From Octopus bimaculoides (lineage: Eukaryota): a stretch of 64,000 nucleotides of DNA. Under the pieces are notes generated by a model that was not told the DNA's origin, did not search any database, and saw nothing but the letters and a program-made list of their open reading frames with translations. The position numbers and the translations under genes are program-made. The DNA lies in the NCBI RefSeq assembly GCF_001194135.2, contig NC_068991.1, forward strand, positions 24,275,920 through 24,339,919. Direction: 5' to 3'. This document shows positions 24,909 to 37,913 of this stretch, one piece after another (positions within the stretch are counted from its first letter, which is position 1; each line of letters opens with the position of its first letter).

Positions 24909-25111
24909 ATATCACAATATGCTACAGTACGTTACTTTAAATACTGCATCATGTAACGTGTATATTTCACTATGTTACAACATTAAGCGAAGGATTTAGA
25001 AAGTATATATCACAATATGTTAACAATATCCACAGTAGCATGTAACAAGTGTATGTCAAAATGTTACAATGTAGAATGGTGTATCTAACATGTGTAACCG
25101 TCACAATATGT

Positions 25112-25145
<34 letters not shown>

Positions 25146-25899
25146 CAGTATGTAACATACTTATACTATACTACGTAACGAAGATTTCTGCAATGAAGCA
25201 CAAGTCTCACAGTTTCTTGACCTCTCAGAGTTGTAATTATTTAGCCACGAGTCAACCCTGCTCAGCCGTGACCATCTAGTCTATATATGACACCGATTAT
25301 TTCGTTGTCAAGTCGTGTGCGTGTTAAGAGCTATTTACCTATTTCTAACTAAAAAAACCAACTATTTTTAACTGGAACTTATTGATAAGAAGCTGACTTT
25401 ACGGCAGAGAAACAGGTGAGGCTCAGAGGTCTTACGATGAGAATTGCGATAGCTTCTTCATTAAACAGATAGCAGGATTATGATAGGGCTTCTAGTTACC
25501 ATTATTGAAGTTCAATAATTCACGTGGGAAGCAATATCGACTTTCAGACGTTATTGCCTTTCACTATGATATTGGAGATTAAATGCGATTCGCAAAAGGA
25601 TCAATAATTAATTCAGCTTCATTAGAAACACCACAGGTGGTTGCAATTTAAATGGGAAAGCAACTTTTACTGTTTAAGACGTGATGTCACATAAATTATG
25701 TGTCTCAATTTCATAGAGAAAGAATACAGAAATAGGATGCAGTTATATTTAACAGAAGTATTCGTGAGAGGAAAAATAAATTGCCCGTAAACAGATATAG
25801 GTTAAAAGAAAAATTTGTGTCATCAAGTGCATTATAAAGGGCTTGTAAATGTTTACCATGTAATCAATAGGAATCAATCGATGATCGAAGGGATATGGA

Positions 25900-26750
25900 A
25901 TGATACATATGCAGGTAAACTGTCGCCATTTTATATTTTTAATTTCGCGCATGCGCATTGTTTGTTTTTGATTTTGTCAACTAAACAGTATAGTAGGATC
26001 AGTTGGGCACCGTCTGTGAGAAAAACAGCACCATGACGCAATTCACTCTGACAGAAATTTAGAAACGACATGCATGGCATTCAAGCAGAAAGCTCCAATA
26101 CGAACATTTCAGAGTGTTTGGGTGTCAATCTGAGGACATGTACCGAAAGTAATAAAGATCAAACATCCAGTCAACATCATGGTGTTTGGAGTGATCACTA
26201 GTGATGGCAAAGTCATGCTTCCGTTCATCTTCTCACACAACCTCAGACACAACACGGAAGCCTACATCAAATGGCTGGAGGAGATAGTGCTGTTCTGAGT
26301 CAAGAGGGTGGCTGCTGGAAGACCCTATATCTGACAACAGGACTCTGCACCATGCCACACAAGCATGAGAACCCAGTCATGGCTGTCAGACAATTTCTGC
26401 AATCACATCAACCTTAACATCTGACCACCTAACTCCCCGGACTTAAACCCCCTTGATCATTATGTGTGACACGCAGCTGATTGAGAAATCAAAAAAACTC
26501 CTTGTAACTAAAAGTAAGGATTATGGCAACATTCACCAAGTTAAACAAGGAAGCCATCCAGAAGAGTTGCAGGAGATTCCGAAGCCGTTGAAGGCCGTGG
26601 TTGAAGCCAATGGCGAATTTATTGAATAAATTTACTCTTTACTATTTCAAGATATTTTTTTGTAATTTTGTAAATACATCAGTTAAGATGAGATGTCAGT
26701 GTCATTTCAATTTTTGCGTAATTTAGACAACAGTTTATTCACAACTTGTA
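25900..26750 (+). mobile_element. maT (DD37D) element, internally deleted, with both TIR-like ends
   Basis: ATG at 26033 (MTQFTLTEI*), HPVNIMVFGVITSDG, and QQDSAPCHT...PPNSPDLNPLD with 37-residue spacing. A taaactgt(c/t)g motif is mirrored at both ends. Confidence 0.88.
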
Positions 26751-27693
26751 CGCGCGCGTGTGTGCGTATGTTTGATTGTGTGTGTGTGTGTGTGTGTGTG
26801 TGAGTGTGTGTATATATATGTCTATGTATATATNNNNNNNNNNNNNNNNNNNNNNNNNNNNNNNNNNNNNNNNNNNNNNNNNNNNNNNNNNNNNNNNNNN
26901 NNNNNNNNNNNNNNNNNNNNNNNNNNNNNNNNNNNNNNNNNNNNNNNNNNNNNNNNNNNNNNNNNNNNNNNNNNNNNNNNNNNNNNNNNNNNNNNNNNNN
27001 NNNNNNNNNNNNNNNNNNNNNNNNNNNNNNNNNNNNNNNNNNNNNNNNNNNNNNNNNNNNNNNNNNNNNNNNNNNNNNNNNNNNNNNNNNNNNNNNNNNN
27101 NNNNNNNNNNNNNNNNNNNNNNNNNNNNNNNNNNNNNNNNNNNNNNNNNNNNNNNNNNNNNNNNNNNNNNNNNNNNNNNNNNNNNNNNNNNNNNNNNNNN
27201 NNNNNNNNNNNNNNNNNNNNNNNNNNNNNNNNNNNNNNNNNNNNNNNNNNNNNNNNNNNNNNNNNNNNNNNNNNNNNNNNNNNNNNNNNNNNNNNNNNNN
27301 NNNNNNNNNNNNNNNNNNNNNNNNNNNNNNNNNNNNNNNNNNNNNNNNNNNNNNNNNNNNNNNNNNNNNNNNNNNNNNNNNNNNNNNNNNNNNNNNNNNN
27401 NNNNNNNNNNNNNNNNNNNNNNNNNNNNNNNNNNNNNNNNNNNNNNNNNNNNNNNNNNNNNNNNNNNNNNNNNNNNNNNNNNNNNNNNNNNNNNNNNNNN
27501 NNNNNNNNNNNNNNNNNNNNNNNNNNNNNNNNNNNNNNNNNNNNNNNNNNNNNNNNNNNNNNNNNNNNNNNNNNNNNNNNNNNNNNNNNNNNNNNNNNNN
27601 NNNNNNNNNNNNNNNNNNNNNNNNNNNNNNNNNNNNNNNNNNNNNNNNNNNNNNNNNNNNNNNNNNNNNNNNNNNNNNNNNNNNNNNNNNNNN

Positions 27694-27728
<35 letters not shown>

Positions 27729-27933
27729 CATATATACATATACTATGCATATACATGTACTCTGTGGTTGGGAAGCAAACTCCCTACAACACACCTGTAT
27801 GTGTACATGTATGTATGTATATATATGTGTATATATATATGTGTGTGTGCGTAAGTGCGCACGCGAGTGGGACTGTATGTCTGCATGCATGTGTCCATAT
27901 ATATATATATAAGTATGTATATGTATATGTGTA

Positions 27934-27964
<31 letters not shown>

Positions 27965-27966
27965 AC

Positions 27967-28034
<68 letters not shown>

Positions 28035-29209
28035 TTTCTGTAGGTAAAATATGGCAATATGTAGGTTCCGTTTGTGTTTACCTGATACGTACAGATCGTG
28101 TGTTTGAGAAAACATTGATTGACGTAGTAATTTTGGATGGAGTTGGGTGGAATTTGATATTTTGTTAATCTGTAGTATTATTGACAGGCATATGCTCGAC
28201 GAATTGACGTGTCTAGCTGATCTATCCTTAATGGTTAATCTACAACGATCTCACCTATTCACTAATTTATCTACCATTCTTTTTCTCCCGATAATGTCTA
28301 TATCTTAAGTATCATAACACCATCAATGAACTATTGTGTATCATAAGCACGAGCAATCATGTGTTGAACGTGCTTATCTGTATATATATATATATATATA
28401 TATAAGGCAGGATGTGTGTGTGTGTGTGTACTTGAATGTAATTTATGCACGTCCACAAATTAGCACGCATGTCACTCCAATTTTAGGACATTCGTCATGA
28501 CCCTAGCTGTATTTTCGTCAACTTATTTTTCCCAGAGGCACCAGCGAATAGCAGTAAAAATAAATTTTCATCCAAAACTTTTAACAATTTTCAAGTCGGA
28601 GAAATCTACCAGTTTACAAACAGGAGTTAAGTCCCCTTCTAGCGACGAGTAGGTTTTTGTTAAGACTTGTTTTTTTTTTCCATCATCTATACAAAAATTC
28701 GCCCTATACAGAGGTACTTAGCATAAGTAATATTCTACGACACAACAAAACTACCTTGGCGCAATACAATCCTACAAGTTGTTCTGCCAATATCAACATT
28801 TATCAATATATTGTAAACATTATGACATTTGGTCATAGCTTGGATCTTTCTCTTCTTAAAAATTTTTGCCAAGCACGAATGGTTCTAGAATTCTGTAGTC
28901 TTTCATATATTCAACATGGCCTAACCAGGATAATAGTCACTTACATAGGCAATGACTTGCGCTACTTGCAATATTTCAATGTTGCTTATTTTATTTCGTC
29001 ATTTCAATGTTTAGAATTTTACCGGGGCACCATAAATGAAAAGAATTCAGCTTTTTCGTGAGGCTAAAGTATGCATTCCAAGACTCGGAATGTACTGAGG
29101 ATGCACAGGCTTTGATCGTCTTTGTGCTGAATGAAATGATAATTAACTGATGCTCCTTTATTTTCTTTTACCTAAAGCCAAGATGTTTTTAGCACCCATT
29201 TGTGTGTGC

Positions 29210-29277
<68 letters not shown>

Positions 29278-29282
29278 ACTAC

Positions 29283-30791
29283 TCTTCAAAACTATAAAGC
29301 CAGAGCACTGTTTTTTTCTGGCGGATTATACTACCCACAAACTACTCAAATTCATGAAACTCAGCTCTAGATAGGAAACGGAATAGAAGAAGGCATTGCA
29401 AAATTCAAACTTATTGAAATCCATAAATAAATTAGATAATAATTCAAAAAAATATAGAGCTAGAAATCCTCTGTTCAAAACTGTAACGCCAGGTTGAATA
29501 ATGTTGCGAAAATGATGCAAAACAGGAAAATTATATGTTTCAATGATATTCTCATGCAATACAACAACAATACTTCAAAAACACGTGATTTCACGCACCC
29601 AATCAACTTCAACAGTAGATCATGTGGAAGCTCTCCCCAGACCTTTATTGCCGTTTCAATTCATCAACACATGAATATTACTTGCCTTCACTGTACACAA
29701 CATTCGTGAGATATCCCCAGGCATTCTCAACAGAGTTAAGGTCGTGACTTCTTGCTAGCCATGGCATGACGTCAACCCCAATTGTATGGAGGAACTCCAA
29801 AGTTGCCTTTGCTTTATGAATAAGAACATTGTCCTGTTGAAATATGAAGTTCTCGCCATGGGGCCTTCTTCCTTCTTCGTGAATGTGAGCCCCATCCAAT
29901 ATATTGATGTACTGGGCAGCATTGATGACGAGTGGCAGCTTCCCATTAGCAGATATTGCTCCCCTCACTATAAGACCTCTTTCGCTGTTCTGCTGCTTGG
30001 AATAAGCAGAATTTTGTATACATTTATCTGCCTATTAACGCTTATAACCGTCGGGGATAATCAAATTCTACTTTTTCTCATCAGAGAACAGAAGCCTGGT
30101 CCACGTTTAATGCTGCCGAACAAACTCCAACCTAACAGCTTTGTGGGAAGGGAACAATAGCGGACATCCTAACCGCTTCTTCAGGTGGAAACCATGGTTC
30201 AGAATCACTCTTCTTACGGTAAATGTCGAGGCTCTTACTCCAGTTGATGCCTTGATTTGGGGAACAGAAGAGCAGCGTGACTTCTTCACAGCTCTGATAA
30301 TAGCATTTTCATCCCTTTCTGATGTAGCCTTGGGACATCCACCAGCATGAAACCTATTGTAGCCGTCAGGATCTTTCAGAAAATTGCCCACTGACGTTCT
30401 GTTTCGCCGAATCTTCTCAGCGATCTTCCGGTTAATCATTTCTTCCACTTTCAGTGCAAGAATCTTCCCTTTTTCAATTTCGAAAAACTCTGTAACTTTA
30501 GGAATACTGGAAATGTAATCTGGATCGTATGATTGAGTCGACTATTTTCCGAGACAATCTGGAAAGAAATGAAAATGTATAAGTGGCTTTATAGTTTTGA
30601 TGTGTTGATATGCTAGGGAAAATTGGAAAATCAAGTGTTGTAATGTGATAATAAAGGTCCAAAATTTACATTTCAAAATATTCCCGAAATACCCATTTAC
30701 AATATATTAAGCCCTTTAGTCGACTTAAATACAGAGCTAAATTTCTAAATAACAAAAAAACATGTGGCTTTATAGTTTTGTACATTTTGTA
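29283..30791 (-). mobile_element. Tc1/Tc3-like (DD34E) element with IR/DR-type ends
   Basis: HTH MINRKIAEKIRRNRTSV, LFSDEKK, and FQQDNVLIH...HDLNSVENAWG with 34 residues from D to E. The motif tcaaaactataaagcc occurs at 29286 and 29475 (variant) and inverted at 30585 and 30766. Confidence 0.88.
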
Positions 30792-30801
30792 TAATTTCTT
30801 C

Positions 30802-30846
<45 letters not shown>

Positions 30847-31138
30847 NNNNNNNNNNNNNNNNNNNNNNNNNNNNNNNNNNNNNNNNNNNNNNNNNNNNNN
30901 NNNNNNNNNNNNNNNNNNNNNNNNNNNNNNNNNNNNNNNNNNNNNNNNNNNNNNNNNNNNNNNNNNNNNNNNNNNNNNNNNNNNNNNNNNNNNNNNNNNN
31001 NNNNNNNNNNNNNNNNNNNNNNNNNNNNNNNNNNNNNNNNNNNNNNNNNNNNNNNNNNNNNNNNNNNNNNNNNNNNNNNNNNNNNNNNNNNNNNNNNNNN
31101 NNNNNNNNNNNNNNNNNNNNNNNNNNNNNNNNNNNNNN

Positions 31139-31173
<35 letters not shown>

Positions 31174-32413
31174 TGTATGTATGTATACAATATTTTTCAA
31201 GATTCTTGAAGTGAAATCATGTGTTTAAATATAGCTGTATTTTGGAATAGTCATGTTGACAATTATACATATATTCAAACATATGAATGTATATATTATT
31301 GGCTATGCTTAATTAAAAGATTAATTTAACCAAAATTCTAAACCGTATTCAATACTTGCACAATGTAAAGTATAAACATTATTCGTTTAAAACACTGCAT
31401 AGTGTGTTATGGCACGTTTCACTGGTCGAAAACAGTTCATCAAAAATAGAGAAAATTTACTAACAAAATCATTTAAAAAGCGGAAGATAGGGAAAGGCAA
31501 AATATGGAAGACAGAAGGAAGCACAGATCAAAAAGGACAAATTTTGTGGTCGGACATACAGGATGTATTATGCAGTAAGAAGAATGTCATAGAATCTAGA
31601 GAGAAGGCGGAGCGCAAATTTGATGGATGTTGTGAATGAGCGAACGTAAAATATATGAACAGAGTGATGTGTTGGAGTGAGGGATGGATTGGATGAAACT
31701 AGAATAATTACAGAACAATCGTTATGCTAGAACTAGCTTATACATATATTTAAGAATAATCTGTTTGAAATTTAAATAAATAATTCGGTTAATAGCTTGT
31801 AGCCAGAACAAGGAAAATTGTTTTCTCTGATTAAATATGTGAAAAAAAAAGTTAAATATTAATCCAGTAACATAAAAATAAATAAATATTTCCTGAATAT
31901 TTGTATTGCAAAACATGTAGAATTTATACTAGTTGTAACAAGAAGTTTAAATTTAGCTACACCTAACGATTTTAGTAGTTAAGAGGACAGAAGTCGGATC
32001 TATTCAGTTTCAATCAGATTTTTTAATTGATATCTTTTTAACTAAACAGTTTGAAACTTCGAATACTGGTAGAATTTCTCACATAGAACACGGTTTACTC
32101 TGAACGTTTTTGACAAAATTTCGGATTTTAAAAGTTATTTCGTGTTAAAGTTGTCGTATTTGGATAATTTTAACCTATCAATGACGTGTATTTAGCTCAA
32201 GAAATTTACTGCTGTTTGCAGAAGAACAACTTCCGGGTCATCTCTACTAAATGCATTTTTCAACTTCGTGTGGTTTATTCGAATGGTTCTTTAGCTTGAC
32301 TGTTGTGTTTTTAGATATTGTTACTTACTGCCTGTGATTATTTTCACCACTCTGTTCTATTTTATTTTTGTTTACTTACCTTTAATTTCGTGATTCACTT
32401 TTGTATACTTGCC

Positions 32414-34048
32414 TGCGTTAAATTATATGTTACACCTGCCTGGCTATTTTTCTATATGCACCTCTGCCCGAACTGTGTATGTACTGCCATTAAATCTTAG
32501 AGTGCATTTCAAAGTTATATATCTCGCATTAAAATTAATTTAATCTCTGCTTATATTTTTTAATGTATCCTTGCTTTTGTATGTTTTACACCTGCTTGGT
32601 TATTTTTTTATATGAACCTCTGCCTGAACTTTGTATATACCGCCATGAAGTATTACAGTGCATTTCAAAGTTTAATATTTCGCATTAAATTTAATTTAAG
32701 GTTTATCCGTTTGTATTGTTTTTCCTTTTGTTTACATCGTATACATGCCTCGTTATGGGTTATGTCAGGGTTAGAGCTATGGTTTAGAATTAGGGTTAGA
32801 TACCATGCTAAAGTGTAAATGGCTACGTATACTGTATGCTAAAGTGGCACTAAAGATTAACTGAAACAGATTACCTACCAGAAATTAAGTCATGAAAGGG
32901 TTAGCAGTGTCAACGCATTTTACTTCACATTTCTTTGTTTCTGTGGACAATAACATAAAATACTAGATAAGTAAGTACTGGGTCAATATAGTTGACTAAT
33001 TGTGTCCTCCTATAAAACTTCTTGCTTTGTGCCTTTGTGAGACATGTTAAAGATGATGATGTGGTCTCAGTTTGATATAGTATACAGCTTATTAATTCAC
33101 TGGAATAGCAGAGGCTGCAGGGTTTTTTTTTTAGTTTTTTCTATTTTATTTTACCAATTTGGCTGGACGAAGGGGCTGTATCCTTGGCTTTTGCATTCCT
33201 TCTGAGACGAAAGGCAAGGGCTGTACCTATGGTCTTTGCAGGCTGCTCAAAACTGGTAAGATTGACACAGTTGATCTTGAATAATATCATGTTGATGGCT
33301 GCAGAAGAAAAAGCATGGGCAAGGAAGAAATTTCATAAGGCTGACAATCTGGTAAAAAATGATTGAAAACAGGTTAATGCTTGGTTTGCAGGTGAAACCT
33401 ACGTGAGCTTCGAACCCCTCGTTGCCAGATACTGTAATGTGACTTGTATCCAATATAGTAGTACCAACACTATTGGGATAATGTCCTACGATACACAGTA
33501 CCAGTGTGATACAATAATAAAATAACAATGCAGCAGCAATAAGAACGTAACAATCCAACAATCTCCAACGAACCAACAATAAATATTCCAAATGAACAAA
33601 CCAACTGACACTTTCCAACTTCACTGTGAAATAACACGAACTTCTACGAACCATATATACTCTCTCGGTTCAGTTCATTCCTCACAAGAGGGTATTAATT
33701 TTAATGCGAAATATAAAACACATGCAGAAGCAGGGATACATTGATAAATACAAACAGAGTTTAAATAAATTTTAATGCAGGATATTAAACTTTGAAATGC
33801 ACTGTAAGATTTCATGTTAGTACGTACACAGTTCAGGCAGAGGTGCATATTAAAAAATAACCAGGCAGGTGTAAAACCTACAAAAGCAGGGATACATTGA
33901 AAAATACTAGCAACGATTAAATCAATTTTAATGCGGGATATTGAACTTTGAAATGCACTCTAAGACTTCATAGCACTACATACACAGTTCGGGCAGAGGT
34001 GCATATAAAAAAATAACCAGGCAGGTGTAGCACAAACAAATTAACGCA
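32414..34048. mobile_element. Foldback-like element: about 320-bp inverted arms, each two tandem 156-bp units, around a spacer of about 1 kb
   Basis: ttacacctgc...atatgcacctctgcccgaact...gtgcatttcaaag units start at 32430 and 32586; their reverse complements end at 33874 and 34030. Confidence 0.8.
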
Positions 34049-34540
34049 TAAACATTACTAAGTACCGTAAAGTATTTCGTTCAACGCTATACCATTTCAA
34101 CAACAGCAGCCTAACCTCTCTCATATAATACAGTACCATCTAAAAAAGGGAAGAACACATTGAACATTGTGATTCTGGCTGTAATTTACCAGGGCAACGA
34201 CGGGATATATGTATTTATGTCTTCGATAATAAGTTTGCTTCATTAGATCTGAGTTCGAGGCTAAACGATACCTGATAATCTCTTAATTTAACACATATAT
34301 TTAATGAGAAAGAGAGAGATTCGACCCAAGTAAATTACTGATATTATAGTTTATAGTCTTAAGTAATCCCAAAGAGAAGAAAAACCAATGCCGTTTTAAG
34401 AATTGTACTGAAAATGTTAAGGAAATGAAACTAAATAATTGAACAGTGTTTAGCTTGGTTCCTTATGCTCTCTCCTATTTCATTACTTTTCGGTAATACA
34501 CAACAACAACAACAACAATGTTAACATTAGATACTTCTGT

Positions 34541-35010
34541 AAGGCGGCGAGCTTGTCAGACTCGTTAGCATGCCGGGCGAAATGCTTTGCGGCATTTCGT
34601 CCGTCTCGGCGTTCTGAGTTCAAATTCCATCGAGGTCAACTTTGCCTTTCATCCGTTTGGGGTCGGTAAAAATAAGTACCAGATGAGCAGTGGAGTTGAG
34701 GCAACCGACTTGCACACCCTCAAACACACAAATGCTGGCTTTGTGCCAATATTTGAAACATTAGATACTGCTACATAAAAGCAACGAGCTGGCAGAATCG
34801 TTAGAGTATCAGAAAAAATGCCGTGCAATATTCCTTCCGACTCGTTACGTTCTGTGTTCAACTCTCGCCGGGGTCAGCTTTGCCTTTCATCATTCCCGGA
34901 TCGATAAAATGAAGTATCAATCAAGTATTGCAGCCGATGGCATGATGGCATGATAATATCGACTACACTCCTACCTTCAAGATTGTTGGCTTTGTGCTTA
35001 AATTAGAAAC
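34541..35010 (+). mobile_element. Two head-to-tail SINE family B copies (34541-34757 and about 34780-35010)
   Basis: The first copy is flanked by aacattagatact at 34523-34535 and 34757-34769. Confidence 0.85.
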
Positions 35011-35029
35011 GATTAAAATACGGCTCCAT

Positions 35030-35255
35030 CGTGATTTTGACCACCATGTTTTCAACAACACCACAACCACTACCACCTCCATTAACATCGCGACCATCCC
35101 TTTTGTCGCCAACACCATCACCCATACCAACACCGCTATCATCACATTCACTGCAATTACCATCACCATCGACATCAGCATCACCACCATTATCACTACC
35201 ATCATCATTATCACTATCATCACCATCACTACCACCACCAAAGAGCAATAAAAAC
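35030..35255. repeat. Cryptic (ACC/ATC)n low-complexity tract
   Basis: accaccatcatc-type degenerate triplets. The Thr/Ile- and Pro/Ser-rich ORFs here are artefacts. Confidence 0.8.
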
Positions 35256-35412
35256 ATCGTTACTGAAAAAAATGAATATACAAAAACAACTAATCTAGAA
35301 AAGACTGTAGTCGACAGAAAAGTTTTCCGAAAGAATTTTCTTTCTTTTTTTTTTTTTTTTTTTACTATGTTTAACCACATGCACACATACACACACACAA
35401 ACACACACACAC

Positions 35413-35445
<33 letters not shown>

Positions 35446-35461
35446 TAAGTGTGTGGGCGGG

Positions 35462-35533
<72 letters not shown>

Positions 35534-35895
35534 GTCTATTCATGAGAGTGCAGCTGTGTTTCTATGCTTATGTGTCTATGTCTGCCTGTAGATAGCAAAA
35601 AAAATCATCACATTTATAGGAGTTTATAGATATTATTGTAATAAGAAAACAGAGTGGAAGAAAAATGAAGAAAATACAAGTGGTTGTTGTAAAAGTCGAC
35701 TGAAGAGCAAAATGTTTTTTTTTTTTTAATAGTATTTTAAGTTACAATGGCAATCTATAAGGAAGTCTTGTCTACTGAAAATATGTCAATGTGACTACTT
35801 CAAGCACCGTAAGAATTTTCATATGATTTTCCCATTTGATGATATAACATTAGAAATACTTTAAGAAATTTCAGGAGTCAGTGAAAGATATTGAC

Positions 35896-36040
35896 TTCAA
35901 TTTTTGGCACAAGACCAGCAATTTTGGGAAAGTGGGTAAGCTGATTAGATCGACCCCAGTGCTCAACTAGTACTTATTTTTATCGACCTCGAACGGATGA
36001 AAGGCAAAGTCGACCTCGGTGGAATTTGAACTCAGAACGT
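35896..36040 (-). mobile_element. SINE family B, 5'-truncated
   Basis: gatcgaccccagtgctcaactagtactt...gtcgacctcggtggaatttgaactcagaacg. Confidence 0.8.
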
Positions 36041-36694
36041 ATGGTGCCTTTTTGCGTTCCTAGATAGTAAGAACATGTCTGGTCAGAGTGGTGTCACTGT
36101 CATCTCTTCCGAGCCCACCCTTCAGAATATAGACAGTTAACGCAGTTTCGGTGGAACTTTATTGAACAGATCATGATTATGCTATGAAAATATTGAAACT
36201 TCATGAAATAAATTTAACAGTTACCACCTACACCACCATCACTAACATCAGTATTACTATCATTACCATCATCACTATTACCACTACTATCGCCGCCACC
36301 ACTATGCTACAAAACCTCCGAGGAATATTGTATGTTAAATCTACTGGATCTTGTTCAAAACGGGGGCGCCAGTATTTTCTTAACGAAACACTTTGAAACT
36401 TGGGACACTGGTAGAATGTGTCATATAAAACATCTTTTTCTCTTAGTCTTCTTAACAAAAAAACGTACATCGCAAGTTATTTCATGTTAAAGTTGTCGTA
36501 TTTCTGTAATTTCAACCAATGACTGACGTCCATTCAGCCGAATACATTAAGTGCTGACTACGTAAACAAACGATTCTGGCGGTGATAAAATTATTATTTC
36601 CTTGTCAAAAAATGGCTGAAGCATATTGGCAGTAGCTAATAAATCTTTCTATTATAGGCACAAGGCCTGGTTTTTAAGGGAAGGAGCAAGTCAA

Positions 36695-36718
36695 TTAGGG
36701 TTAGGGTTAGGGTTAGGG
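36695..36718 (+). repeat. Interstitial (TTAGGG)4
   Basis: Four perfect TTAGGG units next to a SINE-B tail remnant. Confidence 0.9.
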
Positions 36719-37645
36719 AAAACGAACACACGTGTGTTGCCTCTCTGCAAAATGTCAGAAGTANNNNNNNNNNNNNNNNNNNNNNNNNNNNNNNNNNNNN
36801 NNNNNNNNNNNNNNNNNNNNNNNNNNNNNNNNNNNNNNNNNNNNNNNNNNNNNNNNNNNNNNNNNNNNNNNNNNNNNNNNNNNNNNNNNNNNNNNNNNNN
36901 NNNNNNNNNNNNNNNNNNNNNNNNNNNNNNNNNNNNNNNNNNNNNNNNNNNNNNNNNNNNNNNNNNNNNNNNNNNNNNNNNNNNNNNNNNNNNNNNNNNN
37001 NNNNNNNNNNNNNNNNNNNNNNNNNNNNNNNNNNNNNNNNNNNNNNNNNNNNNNNNNNNNNNNNNNNNNNNNNNNNNNNNNNNNNNNNNNNNNNNNNNNN
37101 NNNNNNNNNNNNNNNNNNNNNNNNNNNNNNNNNNNNNNNNNNNNNNNNNNNNNNNNNNNNNNNNNNNNNNNNNNNNNNNNNNNNNNNNNNNNNNNNNNNN
37201 NNNNNNNNNNNNNNNNNNNNNNNNNNNNNNNNNNNNNNNNNNNNNNNNNNNNNNNNNNNNNNNNNNNNNNNNNNNNNNNNNNNNNNNNNNNNNNNNNNNN
37301 NNNNNNNNNNNNNNNNNNNNNNNNNNNNNNNNNNNNNNNNNNNNNNNNNNNNNNNNNNNNNNNNNNNNNNNNNNNNNNNNNNNNNNNNNNNNNNNNNNNN
37401 NNNNNNNNNNNNNNNNNNNNNNNNNNNNNNNNNNNNNNNNNNNNNNNNNNNNNNNNNNNNNNNNNNNNNNNNNNNNNNNNNNNNNNNNNNNNNNNNNNNN
37501 NNNNNNNNNNNNNNNNNNNNNNNNNNNNNNNNNNNNNNNNNNNNNNNNNNNNNNNNNNNNNNNNNNNNNNNNNNNNNNNNNNNNNNNNNNNNNNNNNNNN
37601 NNNNNNNNNNNNNNNNNNNNNNNNNNNNNNNNNNNNNNNNNNNNN

Positions 37646-37703
<58 letters not shown>

Positions 37704-37707
37704 CTGT

Positions 37708-37913
37708 CTTTGTGTCTGTGTGTGTCCACCACCACCGGTGTTGGTACGTTTACGTCCTCGTAACTTAGCGTTTCGGCAAAAGTGGCCGATAGAATAAGGA
37801 CCAGGCTTTAAAAAAAATGAGCACTGGAGTTGATTCATTCGACTAAAAATTCTTCAAGGCGTTGCTTCAGCATGACCGCAACCTAATGAGTGAAACAAGT
37901 AAAATATAAAAGA
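37708..37913 (+). mobile_element. SINE family A, 3' half
   Basis: gtttacgtcctcgtaacttagcgtttcggcaaaag...ccgatagaataagg...cagcatgaccgca. Confidence 0.75.

Noticed and set aside
33180-33420. piggyBac transposase remnant inside the foldback spacer
   Set aside because: Short AAIN- and DQL-like words lie in different frames and are not distinguishable from chance.
36695-36718. True telomere or chromosome end
   Set aside because: Only four units, inside an intron, with the gene continuing downstream.
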